DNA of 64,000 nt, taken from assembly GCA_030141605.1 (NCBI GenBank), contig JAQGDQ010000364.1:124001-188000 (forward strand). The letters are read 5' to 3'. The position numbers and the translations under genes were made by a program. Each line of letters begins with the position of its first letter. Positions within the stretch are counted from its first letter, which is position 1. Source of the stretch: Tubiluchus corallicola (taxonomy: Eukaryota; Animalia; Priapulida). Shown one piece after another: positions 62,239 through 64,000 of this stretch. Under the pieces are notes generated by a model. The model was not told the origin of the DNA. It was given only the letters and a program-made list of their open reading frames with translations, and ran no database searches.

Positions 62239-64000
62239 GTAAAGTGATTAATTAAATCTCACGTATGGCTCGCATGATAGTTTTATGCATACATTAGATC
62301 ATCACGACGGTATGAAGATGTTTTGAAAAGTGCAAATGTACATTGAAATTAACAAAGTTTAAAGCACAAGTAAACCCTCCTCAACATAAAGCTTAAAAAA
62401 TTCGTCTTGAAATTTTATATCACTTAAATGCTGTCTTATTGCATGCAGAGCTTGCATTAGCAGTAACGCTGTATAAAACTTGAACACTTAAACTCCTGTG
62501 ATAGCCGTTAGATGCAGCCATTTTGAGGATAAGTCATTTGGAATAAGTTTAGATAACGTTGTTCCGCAAAGCTTGAAAAATAATCAGAGAATCTGTAGCG
62601 CCCTCTTTGGTAACTAAGGAAAAGTTTAAGTTGTCGGTAACATCAACAATGTGTTTCTGTTGAGTGAGTGGTTCACATCTTGATGGTGAGGCAGTGCCGT
62701 TTTATCAGATCACATGAATATTTTAAATTAACAATTTTCCTTTCTAACTTACACAAGCCTTTCAAACAGGTAAGAGTAATGAAAACTAATAGCAAAGTAA
62801 CTTTGTGTGGGCAGTCCTGGGCGCATATATTAAATTTTCCTTTAAGCTTCAGGGCCCTTATTCCATACCTACATTAAACATGTGCAAGAATTTATGCTTC
62901 TGCAATTGTGGTCTATGCATTCTAAAATAAATTTAGGAAATGTCGCCCAAAAGTGCTTTCAAACCAAAAAAAGAAATTGATAGCTGTGGTTTCGTTCACA
63001 CCCCTTCAAGGAAACTAGCAGTTGAATCCCATGTCTTATTTTTTGGTGAGAAGGGGCTAACTTCGTGGCCTCATTTTTAGGCGTCTGTGTCCTCATCGAG
63101 GCCGTTGTAAAGATGGTGGGGCCATTTGTACCTTCTGTATCCTATTGTAGCTGTTTGTGAAGAACCCCATAACCAGTTCAAGCCTCCTTGCCCCAAAAAT
63201 GAAGGTCTACCGCTAACTGTTCATCCCCTGTTGACATCATATGCTCAGGACCTGTGAATCCGCTGTCACCATCTTTCAGATTTGTATTCGCTAGATCGCT
63301 TTGTATCTACCTAAGTATGACTGACTTCCTTTTAATTATATTGAATAGAACCTATCATTAGGAATCCAGCCAAAAGTGCCAAGTTTACTGGAACTTATTA
63401 TAAACTGTTACTCGTTCATACAGTATTAGCCTCCATTTGTGATTTTTTCCTAGTTGGTTTATAGCACAACTCAGTCCAAATGCTTGACTGTTTATTCTTT
63501 TTTAAAAGTTTAGCTTGGATGCTATTCTCCACAAGACGAGATGATTTAATTCATGATCTACCCTTGAAATACAACTTTACTCTATATACATACCGTAATT
63601 GCTGTATAATTTAAAGTTACGATATTACTGTTATTAGGTAATCACTAATTTGTGTAATTGGCTCGACAGCATGACATTAATTTTTCACGCTGCGGCATTG
63701 TCAATTTGTTACTGTAATAATACAGCTGGTGCCATCTATTGAGAAATAATTGAACGTGGTGACTATAATTTCTATATATTTGCTCTCCTTAAAGGACAAG
63801 AAAAGGGGTACCTGAAGTACGTTTCAGAAAAATCGTCTTAAAAAATTATTCTACTCTACAGCAATTATATGCATATATCGTACCCGCGTTGAAAGAAATT
63901 TTTGTTTCCATTTTAAATCTTTCTCAATATTGTTCCGACGGCACCATTACATGACGTCACAGCGTAAAACGTTAATCAGGGGACGAAAAGGCAATGTTAA

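Noticed and set aside
62239-64000. Further NLK exon (expected LDLITDLLG-like sequence)
   Set aside because: No matching in-phase exon was seen; the gene most likely continues beyond the window.

Overview
AT-rich, repeat-rich genomic DNA from an animal, probably an invertebrate (spliceosomal introns, MITEs, LINE remnants; no prokaryotic features, no CRISPR). Four genes are clear: an intronless multi-C2H2 zinc-finger gene (-), a six-exon RPL23A/uL23 gene with a TCT/TOP start and an extended N-terminus (-), an intronless DNMT2/TRDMT1 CDS (-), and the first six coding exons of Nemo-like kinase NLK (+), which runs off the window and contains a 14.9-kb U12-type intron. The ORF track misses a small secreted-peptide cluster at 0.5-10.2 kb. 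It contains an intact three-exon 83-aa prepro-defensin (signal peptide, acidic propiece ending QER, 38-aa 8-Cys CS-alpha-beta-like mature peptide), a truncated tandem duplicate, and a frameshifted oppositely oriented signal-peptide gene. Other leads: possible splicing-control elements around RPL23A exon 2 (alternative donor giving a premature stop, a C/D-type K-turn over a branch-point-like motif, a GC hairpin) and an Lys in place of the usual Glu in the NLK hinge. All calls were made by eye with no database searches.
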